Notes under the pieces: model-generated
The model's database searches: none
What the model was told of the DNA's origin: nothing
Seen by the model: the letters and a program-made list of their open reading frames with translations, nothing else
Shown: positions 1 through 12,979 of the stretch, in pieces
Layout: every line of letters starts with the position of its first letter
Numbering within the stretch: the first letter of the stretch is position 1
Program-made: the position numbers and the translations under genes
Assembly: GCA_013239625.1 (NCBI GenBank)
Contig: MU053216.1
Location: forward strand, 994,001 to 1,058,000
Source: Lama guanicoe
Taxonomy: Eukaryota
Reading direction: 5' to 3'
DNA length: 64,000 bases

Positions 1-74
1 AATTCTGACACAGGAGAGGGCCGGGGGCAGACACCTGCCCTCCTCACACCGTCGGGCAAGGAGATCGTGGCCAG

Positions 75-520
75 CAGCCTCCTGTGGCTGCTGTGACCAG
101 GGACACAAACGTGGTGGCTTGAAACCCCTTCTTTCACAGCTCCGGAGACCGCGAGTCCAAAGTCACCATCAGGCTGATGACGGCCGAGGCCAGGCTGTCG
201 GCAGGGCTGTGCTCGCTCTGAGCCTCTGGGCAAGAATCAGTTCCTGCCCGTCCAGCTCCTGGGCTCCAGGTGTCCTGGGCTGTGGCCGCATCACTCTAAC
301 CTCTCCCCTGTGGTCACGGTGCCCCCTCCTCTTCTGTCTGTAATGCTCCGTGTGCCGCCCTCTCACGGCCCCGCGATAAACTTCACAGCCCACCTGCATA
401 GTCCGGGATCATCTCCCCAGCTCAAGAGCCTTCATGTGGTCCCATTTGCTAAGTCTTTGCCATGTAAGGTAATATGCACAGGTTCCAGGGATGAGGATGT
501 GGACATCCGGGGGGCTGTCA
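75..520 (-). mobile_element. MLT1-type (ERVL-MaLR) solo LTR, degenerate
   Basis: Reverse complement resembles the MLT1 5' end ('gatgtccacatcctcatccctggaacctgtgcatattaccttacatggcaaagactt'); family from recall, ends approximate. Confidence 0.7.
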
Positions 521-1644
521 TGAAGGGTGAGCCCGGAAGCGGAGAAATGGGGGCACAGAGCGGCCCAAATCTGTACTCTCACCCGGCCAGTGAAGCCTGG
601 AGTCTGAACTCCCAGACCAACCTCCCAGCTGCGAAGGGCTGTCCCTGCACGGGGCCGGGGGGTAGTCCAGGACAGGCCGGGCCAGCTCCGCCTTGCCCAC
701 CTTGGCAGCGCATGTCTGTCCCTGGCTTCGGCCTCCTCCCCCCCACCCACCCAGGCACCTGCCTGGGAGGTCTGGGCTGTGTCGGGGCGTCTGGCCTCAG
801 AGCCGGGCTCTCTTTCTCTCCGAGAGCAACATCTCCCCAGCAGCGGGCCTGGGTGCGGCGTCCCTCCATGGGGGTGGCCGTACGTCCCCGTCCTGCCCAC
901 GCCCACGGGAACGGCTGGGGCCAGGGCACATCTTGTGGACCTAGCCCCTCCTGGGCCTGCTGACTGCTCCCTGGGCCCGAGCCTCTGCCTTGGCTGTGAT
1001 GCCGGCGGTCGGCCCCAGCGCTGTTCACTGGGGAACTTCAGAAGCCCGGAAGGGGCTGGGTGTGGCTGGCGAGGACCCAGGCGGAAGGGTGTTGCCGGGG
1101 GCACATGAGCCTCCTCACCCTTCATCACCAGCACCCAAGGGGCCTTTGTCCAGACCTGAAGGACGCCAGGCCCCGGGGAGCCCTGGACCAGCTGGGAGGC
1201 CCATCACAGCCCCCGGGCGGGGCCCTGCAGTCTGTTTACTCAGCCGCCTCCTCCCCAGGCGGTGCCTGCGGGGAGCAGGGCTTTGTCTGTCTTTGGCAGA
1301 TGGCAAGTTCTGGGTGAGCGACCCGACGACGCTGAAAGATCCCCCTGTCCAAAACGGGTTTCCCTTCTCTTCTGACGCCGAGTCCACTGGGACAGTTGCG
1401 ATGGTTTGAAGGGTGAGAAAATGCCTCGTGAAGCTGGGACGCTACACACTCAGAGGTGACTGTTATTAGCGTCTCCAGGGAGCTGGGAGAGGACACGCTC
1501 ACCTCCAGGTGGGTGGGAAGGCCGCCCACCAGCTCGTTACCCAGAGTGATGGTCTCCGCTGCATGGCCTGGAGATAATGTTTCTTGGGGCTTTGAAAACA
1601 ACCAGCTCATTTGATCTTCGCCACCTCCTGGAGCAGAGAGGATC

Positions 1645-1760
1645 CTCTCTCACTTTGTGGATAAAGAGACTGAGAATCCAGAGACATTTGGTAATTTGCT
1701 CAAAATCACACAGCGCTTGCCTTGTGTTGGATCAGAATCCGGATCTGTGGGCTGAGAATT
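1645..1760 (-). mobile_element. MIR SINE fragment
   Basis: 'cactttgtggataaagagactgaga...gtaatttgctcaaaatcacacagc' resembles the MIR core in reverse orientation. Confidence 0.6.
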
Positions 1761-4700
1761 GGCTGGGGTGGAGCAGCGAGAAGATACTGACGGAGCCTGG
1801 AGAAGCTGGCCGCCCGGAGGGGCAGGAAGCAAACACTGAGATGGGCCTGGGGTCAGGGTTTGGGAGCTGCACGTCCCTGCCTGGGTGGCTGAGGGTGGTG
1901 ACTGGGCTGTAATTACGTCAGTCGTGGCTAATGTGGGCCTGGACTCTGCTGGGCGCATGGTCAGAGCTGGGAATAATTCAGTTAATAAAACAGCAGAGGG
2001 ACACGGGTGGACAGAGGCTGTGAGACCGAGGGTGGGAGTGGAGGTCTTCCAGAAGCACAGGGGCAGGGGTTTCCTGAGGGACAGCAGTGCGTGCCGCCCC
2101 GGGGGCCGGCTGGGCCCTGGTGGGTGGGAGGCCCTGAGATGAAACCTCGTCACAGCACTTGGTGGGGTGTCCGGGGTGTGATCCAGCCATGAGTGGCCAC
2201 TCGGCCTGGCCCCACGGCCCTGGTCTGCCCTCCCCCGAGCCACAACAGAAGACAACAGTCCCAGAACGACCCTCCTGGGCACAGGACAGGCGATGCCCAG
2301 CAGGACAAGGAGCCCTTGTGCACCCTGCACGCAAATCCCGCTCCTCCTCCCCTGGCCTTGGGGGGTGGGGGGAAGTTCAGATGCCGGGGGGGGGGGCAGG
2401 CGGGGCTGGGTCACCTGGAGGCCCCTGGGAGCCCCGGGTTCCTGGAGCCGGAGCGGGCGAGGGTCCTGGTGCAGCTCCAGTGGGCCCTCTTTGACGAGAA
2501 AGGAGCAGGGATGCTGAGCTGCCCAGAGCTCACAGCGCACAGCAGCCCTTGGGCACAAGGCAGATGGATGACTAGTCCCACTTTGCAAGTGGGGAAACAG
2601 AGTCCAGCAGGTGGGAGGCTCCACCTGAAGCCACCCCCGAGTAAGTGGAGGCTCCAGGATTCACGGTAACGCGGGCGTGGGGACAGGATGGGGTGGGAGT
2701 CTGAGTGTACCTGGGGCACGGGGCCATCTGAAGGGTGGGGTTGGGTGGGGTCCCCCCTCCCATCCATCCACCCACCTTCCATCCGCTTCCACCGCTGCCC
2801 CTACCCCGTCAGGTGTCTGGGGGCCCAGGCAGAGCCTGCAATGCCCCAGGGAGGGGGCGCAGGGTCCCAGCGGGGCAGCACAGATTTACTCAGCCTTTCC
2901 TTGAAAATTCCACACTCTGGGCGTTTGGCGGGAGCCTGGAATGCACTTCGTCGGAACAATCTGCCTTTCAGGGCGCACTGCATCAATCACCTCATTGTCC
3001 TCCTTGTCCTGGGCCGCTGAGGCTGTGGGGGTGGGGCATCGGGGTGGGAGGAGGAAGGGGCGCCCCCTGGTGTCCCAGTCTGCACACACCCATCGGGGTG
3101 CCCGAGCTGGACTGTGCCGCGGCCTGACGGCAGCTTCCCACCCTGCCACCACTCCCCATCGCGTTCCCGGATCCGGGTGGAGCTGGAGGGAGGTTGTGTG
3201 GGGACAAGACACAGAGCAGGGGGTCAGGCATGTCACGAAAGAAGGACGCTGCTGTCCAGCAGTCCAAGGACAGTCCAAGGGTCCAGGGCCAGAGTTCAGC
3301 CTCGAACGGCTCCTGACATGTGTGGCGTTGGGTGACTCAGCCCCCTCTCTGGGCCTCCGCGGTAAACGAGCTGGCCTGGGGACGGCACACACACAGTCCT
3401 GCACACGGTCCCGCAGCATGGGAGGGGTTTGAATCCGGGCTCCGCCCCTCGCCCTTCAGGGGCCGCTCTTCCCCCTGATGAGCCTCGGTTTCTCGCTCGG
3501 TAAAATGGGCTTAAAAACAATCACTCCTCATTATTCGTGGAATCCATATTCGCAAGTCAGCCCACTTGCTAAACTGTATTTGTCACCCCCAAGTCAATCC
3601 ACCGCTCAGCACCAGCAGGCTCTCCCTGCGGAAACGTCTGTGCTCCGGAGACGGCGAGGACAAGAGCTCCCTGACTTCAGTGAGATCCAAGGCACAGAGG
3701 TCCTTGAGGAAACTGGCGCAGCAGCCCAGACAACGCCTGAGCCTCCCCCCAGGCCTGTGTCTGCCCCCGGGGGTGGGGGTGCCCACAGCTCGCCCAGGTC
3801 ACCCCGACTGACTCTGCCTCCTTCGGCCTGTAGTCCGGGGGGCTCTGAGCCGCCCGCACCACTGTCACCAAGGAGACCTTCCTCCCGAGATGCGTGGTGC
3901 ACCCCCCACCTCGCACCCGGCTGCCCCTGCCACGTCCTCTCTGTGAGTTTAGTTTGAACTCGTTTTGGTTAAGTTGGAAGTACTCACATAATCTGTGTAA
4001 GTACTTTTCACAGCCAAGCCAGGCAGTGTGCTATGATCGCTGCCCCAGTTTAACAGCAGTTTGATTTTCCCTGACGCTAAGTTTTGCCCGGTTTGTGCTT
4101 CTTGGTTGCCTGTGTCCACAACTCAAGGAGACCCCGTTTTGCCGGCGGCAGAGGGAGCTCAGTACCCCCACCCACAGGGGCATCTAGGCCCTCCATCCCT
4201 CCCTCCCTCCCCTCGTTTCTTTCCCGTTTCTTCCATGACCTCTGCCCCCAACCTGTGCCAGTCACGCTGGGCCTCAGCCTCGGCGCTGGTTGTCTGGGTG
4301 CCTCCCCCACCCCCATCCTAGCGCTCCCCGTTCCCGGCGCTCGGCCCCTCTCTGTGGGCTGCTCCTTCGGTCTGGGGAAGCGCAACCTCCAACAGCTTCT
4401 TGAGAAAAGGCACATGGGAATCCTGACGCTTCAGAGACTGAAAAGCATCTTTCCTCCACCTTCTCGGTTGTTGATGGTCTGGTGGGGCATCGAGTTCAAA
4501 TCATTGTCCTGATCCAGGGAAAATGTGGGGCGAGAGGATGGCCGTGTCCCTGGTCTCGGTCAGGTCGCTGGGAAGCACCCCACGAAGTGGGGGTCCCTGG
4601 CTTCTCACTGGGAAGAATTCAAAGGCGAGCTTCAGGCGAGTGAAGGTAGATTCATTCAGAGACACACACTCCCTAGTGTCCCACTCAGAGGGGGAGCGGC

Positions 4701-5149
4701 CAGGAGGGGCGGGGCTGGTAGCTTCTGTGGGCTGGGGGACTTCATATGCTAACAAGTGGGGCACTATTCCAACTTCTCTGGGGAAGGGGCGGGGGTTCCC
4801 AGGATCTGGGCCATCCCCGACTTTTTGACCTTTCATGATCAGCCTCGAAACTGTCGATGTCACCTGTGGGAGTGACTGTCATGGCATCTGTGGGGTGCCA
4901 TTTACCAAGCTAATCTGCCACAGTGAGCGTACAGTGAGGCGCAGGTCTCCTGGAAGTCCACCCTCCCGCCGACCGTCTTGGGCCCCAAGACCCACTGGGA
5001 GCTGGACCTCTGGCCGCCCTGGTGCTGACGGCTGCCCCCTGCCCCTCCTTCCCGTCTCAGTCCCGGGGAGTTTTGGAGGCATTTTCCTGCTGTGTTCTGG
5101 TTTCCGGCGGTGCTATGAGAGGCTGCGGCTACGTAACCTTTCAGGCTTC

Positions 5150-5900
5150 CGTGTGTGAGCTCTTCCTCTCTGGAAGCTTGTCCCCAGGGCCTCGGGCTTT
5201 GGGTCCCAGCGGAGCGGTTGCTGGGTGAGCCCACCCCTGCGTTTCTGGGAGGTGCGGCTTCAGCGTCTCTGATAACCGGCTCCTTCTGGCATCTCTGATC
5301 TTGCCAGAGCTCCAGGTGGTAAGATACTGGACCCCTGGGCCATCCTTTCATCCTCTCATCCTTCCTGAGCAATGCCCCATCTTTTTTTTTTTTTGTATTT
5401 TCTGGAAGATTTCTTCAACCTCCCCATCCAGCCCTTCTGCGGGATGCTGTGCTGTTGCTGTCGTGTTTCTAGTCCTAAGCGCTCTTTTTATGTTACACAT
5501 GTTCCTTTTCCTTTTTGTGCATTTTCCCGTCTCACGGGCGCATCTCTCTCTCTCTCAATCATAGTTTTTGAGGTTTCACTCTGTTCCTTGCATTTTGTGT
5601 TTTCTCCAGGTTACTTTTTAATGTTTTAGTTCTATCAATTTAGGTGTTTTCCTCCGCTGTCTGGTGACCAGTCAACGTCCACTTACACATATGAATTGGA
5701 GGCTCTCCAAGGCTGACTGGAAGCTCTGTGCGCGGGTGGGGCTGGGGTCCCGCGGTCTACCTCCAGCGGCCTCACCTGAGAGGTGTCAGTTTTTCTGGAT
5801 CAGAGCCCACAGTCTCCCACCAGGATGTACGAGCCTGGCTACCAGAGTCCCTGGAGCAGAAGTTGGGGGGGGGTACGTCCTACCCTCTGTCTGTGAACTT
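5150..5900 (-). mobile_element. Old L1/HAL1-like fragment
   Basis: T-rich degenerate sequence with L1-like phrases ('ttctggaagatttcttcaacc'); subfamily not determined. Confidence 0.35.
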
Positions 5901-6459
5901 TGCTCCGTCCTCTTGTTGAGGACGACGTCCCCCAGTGTGATGCCGTGTCCTCAGCTGCGCCTGCTACCTGTTGCGCTGTGCACCCTCCTTCCCTGACTCT
6001 GATCCCTTCCTCCTAGGACATTCTTCTGGTCTCTTCTCCTCCTCTGCATCTCTCCCCAGCCCCCTTCACATGTCCACCCCCTGGGGTTTCATCCCCACCT
6101 TCTCCTCCCCACTCCCTTCTGTCCCCACACCTTGCCTGACTTCTCAACGCTGTGGGGCTGATGACTCCCAGTCTGCCTTTCCAGGCACAATCTCCCCCGA
6201 GCTGGGTACTGGAATGCCCAGCCCAGCAGCTACTGGCTGGGTCACCGATCTGCCCCTGAGCATCTCAGGTTTGTCTGTCTAACATGGAACTGGCTGGTTT
6301 CATCCCAAACCAGCCCCTCCTCTGAGACTTTCTTCTGCTTTCAGTTTAAGGCACCACATCCACCCTGGTGACTAAGCCAGAAAATTATTCTAGATTCTTT
6401 CCCTGTCCCCCTCCCGGACACTGCCCCCCACCCCCCCCCCCACCCACCAGTCCCCTGAT

Positions 6460-6890
6460 TGTCTGTGGCATGTCTTGCCCACAAGAAGACGTTGCCTGCC
6501 ATTCGGAGAGACAAGGACTATTGCAGCCATCAAGCCATTAGCCACTGCAGCTGTCCCTCCAGGGCGCCCTGGGGGGACTCAGGGTGCTGAAAAGCAGGAT
6601 GCGGCCCCAGACCGCTATGATGCAGATCTAAGGAGTAACTTCCACTGCACAGACCCTGGCGTCTTCCCTACACAGAAAAACAATAAAACCTTCAGGAAGC
6701 CTTTGATGTTCGACTGTGAGTTTTTTTTCCAACAAAACTTCCTGTATATCCTGGCTCCTCCCCGTCTCTACCGAGCAGCTCCTCAGAGGCTCTGAGAGGC
6801 TGCCTCCTGGGCTACAGTCCTTAGTGAGTTCCCCTAACAAAACTTAACTAGAAACTTTCAGGTTGTGTGTTTTTCTTCGGTTGAGTGTCC
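6460..6890 (+). mobile_element. ERV1-class solo LTR (MER39/LTR39-like; exact family uncertain)
   Basis: 3' part 'cctcagaggctctgagaggctgcctcctgggctacagtccttagt...aaaacttaact...gttgtgtgtttttcttcggttga' resembles an ERV1 LTR R/U5 region; TATA-like 'tgtatat' near 6743. Confidence 0.5.
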
Positions 6891-6900
6891 TCTGTTCCAG

Positions 6901-7072
6901 GCTGCTGCTGCTGCTGCTGCCTTAATTCAGGTCCTCCTCGGCAGTCACCCTTATTTTTTATTATTATTATTATTATACTGTTGTATTTTTGTGTTATTCA
7001 CATCATATTTAGATCTTGTCATATTTGGTTATTGTTGTTGTTATTATGATGATGATGATGATGATGATGATG
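6901..7072. repeat. Compound trinucleotide microsatellites (GCT)6, (TTA)6, (TTG)n, (ATG)9
   Basis: Read directly at 6901-6918, 6958-6975, ~7032-7041 and 7046-7072. Confidence 0.9.
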
Positions 7073-8259
7073 CCTCTGACCTGACCCCTTGGTCTCCAAC
7101 TCTTCCACCCTCTGATCTGGCCTTTCTTCTGCAGGCGGCATGAACTTTCTAAAATTTGACTCTCACTGTGTTGCCCTGGTTTACAGCCCTTTAACGGACC
7201 TCTGTTAAATGCATGGGGTTCCAGCTGCTTGGCACCTGGCGTGCAGAGCAGGCTTTGTGACGTGTCATCACCCTGCATGCAGTCCCAGCTCGCCAGCTCC
7301 GGCTTGTCCCCAGCTAGTCCTTCACGCTCTAGCAAGAGCAAACTGCCTGTAGTTCCCCCACCTGTCACGGGCTTTCCTGCCACTGAGCCGTGCTCAGACC
7401 ATCTTGGGTCTGTGATGCCCTTTCTCCTTGGTTGCCAGATGAACTCCCATACTTTCTAAAAATCCTAGATCAGGGGTTCCCTTGAGTCCCCGCTCAGAGA
7501 ATTCATCACACCTTGTCAGCAAAACAAGAAAACACACGTGTTACTTATGTGTATTATTACAACTGGGGAGTTTTCCTGTGTTCACGTGGACAACAGAGCA
7601 GGAGGCAGAGGCTCCCTGTCTGCCTTGATTTTAGTCTGAATTGTGAAGAATTCGCATTTCCCGAGGTCAGGGAGAGGATAACAGGTGAGGTGCAGCAAGT
7701 GTGCGTCACCCAGGGGAGACCCCCTGAGTTGCTGGGAAGTGACTGTCCACGGAGGGAGGTGCTGGTGAGAATGAATACGACTTTGTCACAGGCTGTGAAC
7801 TGCTGAGGCGCCCGGGCCCCCACGAGTCTCCCTGGAAACCTTGACACCCCTAGTGTAGGAGGGGGTTCTTCATACCTTCGCCTCCTGGGAGTCAGGAAGC
7901 GCCCCGCATGGCCTGCCCAGCTCCGCCCTGTAGTGTCTGCACCTTCCCCTGCAGCCTTTCCTCAGCGTCACCTGGGTCACCCCAGAGAGGAGCGGGGGAC
8001 ACGGGGCCCCCTCCCCAGAAGGACTGCACGTCGTCGGACACAGTTACGCACACACCCCCACGTGGGTCCTTGAATGGCTTCAGGGGGTCGCGGAGCCCCT
8101 GTGACAGCGGGTGGCTTCCAAACGATGCGTGAGAACGTTACGGATTTGGGGAGGTTTCGAAGGAAGTGCTGAGCCCTCCAAAAGTAAAGAGCCCCTTAAC
8201 CAGGGGGACTTTTAGACGCAGGGACCCTCCCTTTAAGGGAAGCCACTTTGAAAGCAGCC

Positions 8260-8830
8260 ACACGGGTCACGTGACTGCCCTGCGGGCCCTCTGACAGTCA
8301 GGCTGTGTCGCCCGCCCTCCCAGCTTCAGCGCGGGCTTGGCCCGCGTCACCTGTGCGGGCCGCACCTGTCCCGGGAAGGCTCCGCGGGTGATGGATGTGG
8401 GACGGGGCTCGGGACACGTGACTGCGCCAGCGCAGCGGGGGCCGGGGGCGGGATGAGCGCAGGGAAGGGGCGCAGCGGCCCCTAGCGCGCGCTCGCCAGG
8501 TGCTCGGGAGCCTCGCGGTCACACAGGCGCTCGCGCCCGCCCCGGCGCGCCCTCTGCCGGCCGGAAGGGGAACTTCGCCTCCGGCCCCGGCACGGGGACT
8601 TGGGCAGATTCCTCACCGCGGACACGCAAGGACTGAGCCGAACACCGCAGCGTCACGCAGCTCCTCGCGGAGGCCTCCCTCACTCGTCCTTTCAGGGACG
8701 CTGGGCGAAGCCGCGAAACCACGAGGTCCCCGCTCAGCCGTGGCCGATCCACGCTCGGCAGCGTCGATGGTGAGACTCCCCCGGTCATGCCTGTTTCCAG
8801 GGGCATTTGACAGGATTCGAAACCACGCTT
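8260..8830. promoter_or_regulatory. CpG island-like segment without an annotated gene start
   Basis: Dense CpG; GTCACGTGAC 8266-8275, CACGTG 8415-8420, GC box ~8536-8543, CCGGAAG 8561-8567. Confidence 0.6.
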
Positions 8831-8923
8831 CGTTTTTCCTCGATCCTTTCTGCTTTTTAAAACCCCACTTTATAGACAAAATAAGTGAATCAGGGTAACA
8901 GCAATAATCTACTGAAAGCAGGA

Positions 8924-10410
8924 CAGTGGTTCTCACACTTCACCGAGGACTCTCAGGCCCTTCGTCTGCTGGTCCCGATTGCCAATACTCCCGCGTCAGA
9001 GCTGGAAGCGGAAAACCTTTCAAATATTGATTAACTTACTTAATAACTATAAGTCCATCTTACATCTTATTATGGAAGCCCAGATAGGTTTACGTAATCA
9101 GACTATGTAGCATAAACAAAGTGCTTCTGTAAATATGCTATAAATAACAAAGATGTGTCCATACCAATAAAATTAATTATCATTACTGATTATAAATTAA
9201 AAGTTTAATAGTAAAGTTATAAAACGTAAATATCTAATAAGAAGAAAGTCAGTGTTTCACACTTTGGCAAACCCCTCTGATGCCTGGTTGCCAGAAGACA
9301 GCTAGGTTCTCACCTGCTTCTGCGGCCAGTCTGCTGTTACGTTACGTCGTGCTGAGGTTCACAAAAAACATCCAGCCTTACGTCGATAAGTAGTTGGAAA
9401 AGAGAGAAGTATTTTTAAAATTTTATTTATTTACTTATTTTTGCTTTGTTTTTGGGGGAGGGAGGTAATTAGTTTTCTTTCCTTCTTATTCTTATTTTTT
9501 AATGGAGGCACTAGGGATTGAAACTCAGACCTCATGCCTGCAAAGCATGCTCGCTACCACTGCGCTACACCCTTCCCCCAAGAGAGAAGTGTTTTACAGT
9601 TTTTTCAGAGAATTGTGGATACTCTTCCGGGGTTACTGTATCAAAACTCAGCAGGTGGAGGTTTCTTGAAGGTTAGTTACAATGTGGAACCTTAAACCGT
9701 ATCAATGAAGTTTTCATTTTTCATTGAAGTTACATTAAAATCCACATTTACGTTGCACTTTGAGTGGGTGTCTCACTCATTCACTCTTCTGTGGTTCTGT
9801 AATAGGACGCATCGGTCCTTCAGAAAATATGCTGTGTTAACACATTTTATGCACTAGTCAATGATTTTTAAGAACTACATTCTTTAATATTGCCGCCGGG
9901 CTTATCTGGAAAGGCTACGTATTTGGGAAGCTGTCAAGCTCATGATGGCAGATGCAAATTTTCCAAGATTTGAATTTTCTTTTGAAAGCTTGACTTTTAT
10001 AATTGGCAGCAAATACGCTCAGCTGTTTCCTTTGAGGTGACAGATCTACTTAGTTCATTTCTGAGAAAATATTTACCAATGTTCAATCCTACCCACTGTA
10101 GTTTTTCAGTCAAGTGAGAATGCCACACCAGGGATGTGGCAGCTGGGATGCCGTGTTCCCTTGTACTTACACCTGCAGGCGCACAGCAGATGTGCTCCCT
10201 GTACACGGATGGTTCAATGGAGAACACTTGGCCCTTTCTTCCGCTTCATCAAAGACACTCTTAGGAAAACTGGCTTTTCCCCCTAAAGTGAGCGGTGGGC
10301 AGAACGCAGCTATAGCACAGTCTGGTGCCATGGCCCGACTCCCATGCTGGCACCAGAAGTTCCACCTGCCACTGCCTTTGCTCCCCAGCACGATGCAGCA
10401 CGATGGAAAA
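8924..10410 (-). mobile_element. Charlie1-type hAT DNA transposon fossil
   Basis: Terminal 'cagtggttctca' at 8924; AT-rich body; minus strand ~9980-10077 translates VNIFSEMN*VDLSPQRKQLSVFAANYKSQAFK, a decayed hAT/Buster transposase motif (cf. DIFSKMNEVSLSLQGK). Confidence 0.8.
9416..9579 (-). mobile_element. tRNA-derived SINE (camelid-type) nested in Charlie1
   Basis: Minus strand shows A box TAGCGCAGTGG, B box GTTTCAATCC and an A-rich tail; flanked by a 16-bp target-site duplication aagagagaagt(a/g)tttt at 9400-9415 and 9580-9595. Confidence 0.85.
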
Positions 10411-11489
10411 CGTGGGTCACGTCCCCGGGAGGCATTGCCAGAGACAGGCCCGTGGCGGGGAAGAGATGGGTCCGTCTAGCGGGGCTTGATGCTGTCTCCG
10501 CGGCCCACGAGGCTGGGAGGGTCCATTTCACCCGGAAACCCCAGCTGGTTTCCCACCTCTCCTTCTGGTTCCCATTGGGTGCAGTTCTGTGTCTATGGGA
10601 CCATGTCCCCTGCTGGACCCACAGGGAGCCAGTGGAGGGTGTGGACCCTCCTACAGGCAACCCCTCTGACAAGGAGAGAGACGTGGATGGAGGTGTGAGC
10701 AGACCTTTGGCAGGACGACTGCACTGGGAGGGACACGGGGGGGGCCCTCCGCTTCCTGGCAGCTGCCCCCCAGCCCTTGGCCCCGTGGGTCCTGGCCCTG
10801 GTGCGGGTGCAGGGCTTCAGGGGGGTCATCTCGCCCTGGCAGGGTCTTGTAGAACCGCTGATGGAGGGGCCCCTTCCTGGCCAGATCCTCCCCAGGGAGC
10901 CTGCAAAGTCATCACCAGGTGGGGGCGGGTGGACAGAGAGGGTGAGATGTGGGGCCCGGAGGGAGGTGCTCCCTGGACGGAGGTGCTCCCCAGATGAAGG
11001 AGGGGGCAGGGAGGCTGGGTGCTCCCCAGACGCTGCAGGGCCCTCTGTCTGCATTGGCACCTGCTTCCCCAGCATTCCTGGCCCCGGCCTGGGCACGGGG
11101 TGGTCACAGCTCACAGAGAGACATCCAAGGGGCTCAGTTTCATGTCAACAAGGCCCAGCTGCCCAGCTGCTGTTTCTATGTGCATCTGAGCTCATCGTTG
11201 GAGGGGAGAGCGGGTCGTCACCTAAGTCAAGGTCAGAGAGAGGCTGTGTCTGCCCCTTCCTGGGGAGGGGTGGAGGGTGGAGGGTGGGCAGTGTGCCTGG
11301 ACCCTCCAGGTGCCAAGAACTTGAACAGGACGGCTCCCGAGCTGGCCCTTCCCCTGTGGCCCCAGCCATGGGCACCCTGCCTTCATTCCAGGACCCAGGG
11401 GACAGGCAGGATCTCTCCTGAGCCCTGAGGGGCGATCTCCTGCACTGTCTCTGGTCGGAAGCCTCCTCTCCGTGTTTCCATCTGTCGTT

Positions 11490-11720
11490 TGTTCCATGAG
11501 CATTGGTCGAGCACCTGCTGTGTGTCAGGCGCTGTGTGTCAGGCGCTGTGTGGGAAGACAGGAGTAGGGCTGGGCCAACACTCAGGCTTCTCCAGAAGAG
11601 TAAACAGATGTCAGCCTTGCGGGTTAAGTGCAGGGAAAGAGGGTTGCATAGGGGCTGGGGAGGGCTCCTCGTGCAGGCAGGGTGGTCGGGGCAGGCTTCC
11701 TGGAGGAGGCAATGCTCCAC
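11490..11720 (-). mobile_element. L2 3'-end fragment
   Basis: 'cattggtcgagcacctgctgtgtgtcaggcgctgtg...ggcttcctggaggagg' is typical of an inverted L2 3' end; includes a small 14-bp tandem duplication. Confidence 0.55.
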
Positions 11721-12979
11721 TGACGCTTGGGAGAGAAGGGCCTTCTGAGAAGCCTCTGTGGCCCCGGGAGCTTCGCATGGTCGTGTGTCCGGAGCTGAGG
11801 GCATGCGCCGACCTTCACCTCCCTTTCACAGGTGAGGACACGGAGGCCCAGAAGCCCCTGGTGAGTGTTGCTGTGTGAGGCGGAGCCGCCTGTCCCGAGG
11901 CTGGGGGTCCACTGGCCGAGTCTCTAATGTGCAGGCCTGGATGGGGAGGCTGGTTTGTGGCAGGAAACTGAGGCGCGGGTGGCTGCTTTTCAGTTCTTTG
12001 TTCCTTCTGCTCTCTGCCTCCAGCCCCCGCCTCACCTCTGCTCAGAACTTGGCAGGGGACGCTAGCTCTGGACCAGTCCACGGGTGCCAACCGGACACCC
12101 GAGGGCCCCGCCCCCACGGCCAGCCGAGCGCCCTGCCTGGTTCCCCATCTACCCTCCCCTCTGCCATCCCCGCTCCTGCCGCCCCGTTTTGTTAGCTTCA
12201 CGGCAGTCTCTCCAGGCCCCCGCGGCTGCCTGAACCTTCTTCCTAAAATGAGCTCGTGGTCGCCCCGCCAGCTCCCCAGCAGTGACTCAGGTGAAGCACA
12301 GACCCCGCGGCGGAGTCGCAGGCCCCTTGGGGCCTCTGTCGGCCTCCTCGGCCGCTGCGCTGCATGCCCTCAGCACCTGCTTCTGCTCACCTACTGGTCG
12401 GTCTGTTCTCTGGGCTCTTCCCTTTCAAAAAGTGGGTTAATCCACGCGCATGATTTGTTCCGTTTTTGTGCGTAGTAAGATTTTGTAAGAAAGCTGTTGC
12501 ACAAACTATAAACGTAATCAGCCCGTGCAGTGAACTCCAGCGAACTCGTCCTGGCTCCCAGACTCCCTCTCTGATCCCAGCGGCTCCGTGTCTGGGGCCC
12601 AAGTTCATTCTCCACCCCAGCCCCTCGGCCTGGAATCTGTGCCCCTCACCCCCAGAGCTTCCCAGACCCTGCTCTGGCTGCCTTCCAGCACGGAGCTTCC
12701 CAAAGGTGACCTGACCGGAGCCCAGTTAGAGCCACATCTGCTGGTCCAGAGGCCAGAGCCTCCCCTCGGCGCTGCCCCCACCGTCTGCAGTCAGCTGCAA
12801 GCAAGGCCCGCCTCACTCTCGGAGCCCCCCACCCCCGTGGAACTGTGGGTATGTCCCCTGAGGACACCCTCATCCACCAGCTCTGTCCCCGCTCAACAGG
12901 AGCATGGCCTTGAGAGGGGTCAGTGCTCTGCCTGCCCCGCCCCCGCCTGGACTCCTGGCTCCCGAGCTGACCAACAATA

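Larger units (their letters stand above)
5990..7200 (+). mobile_element. L2 LINE fragment interrupted by an LTR and microsatellites
   Basis: L2-like phrases 'gctgatgactcccag', 'ggcaccacatccaccctggtgactaagccagaaa' before 6420 and 'actttctaaaa...cactgtgttgccctggtttacagccctt' after 7130. Confidence 0.55.

Noticed and set aside
7465..8260. Possible additional LTR-derived sequence
   Set aside because: Looks repeat-like, but I could not assign a family or boundaries by eye
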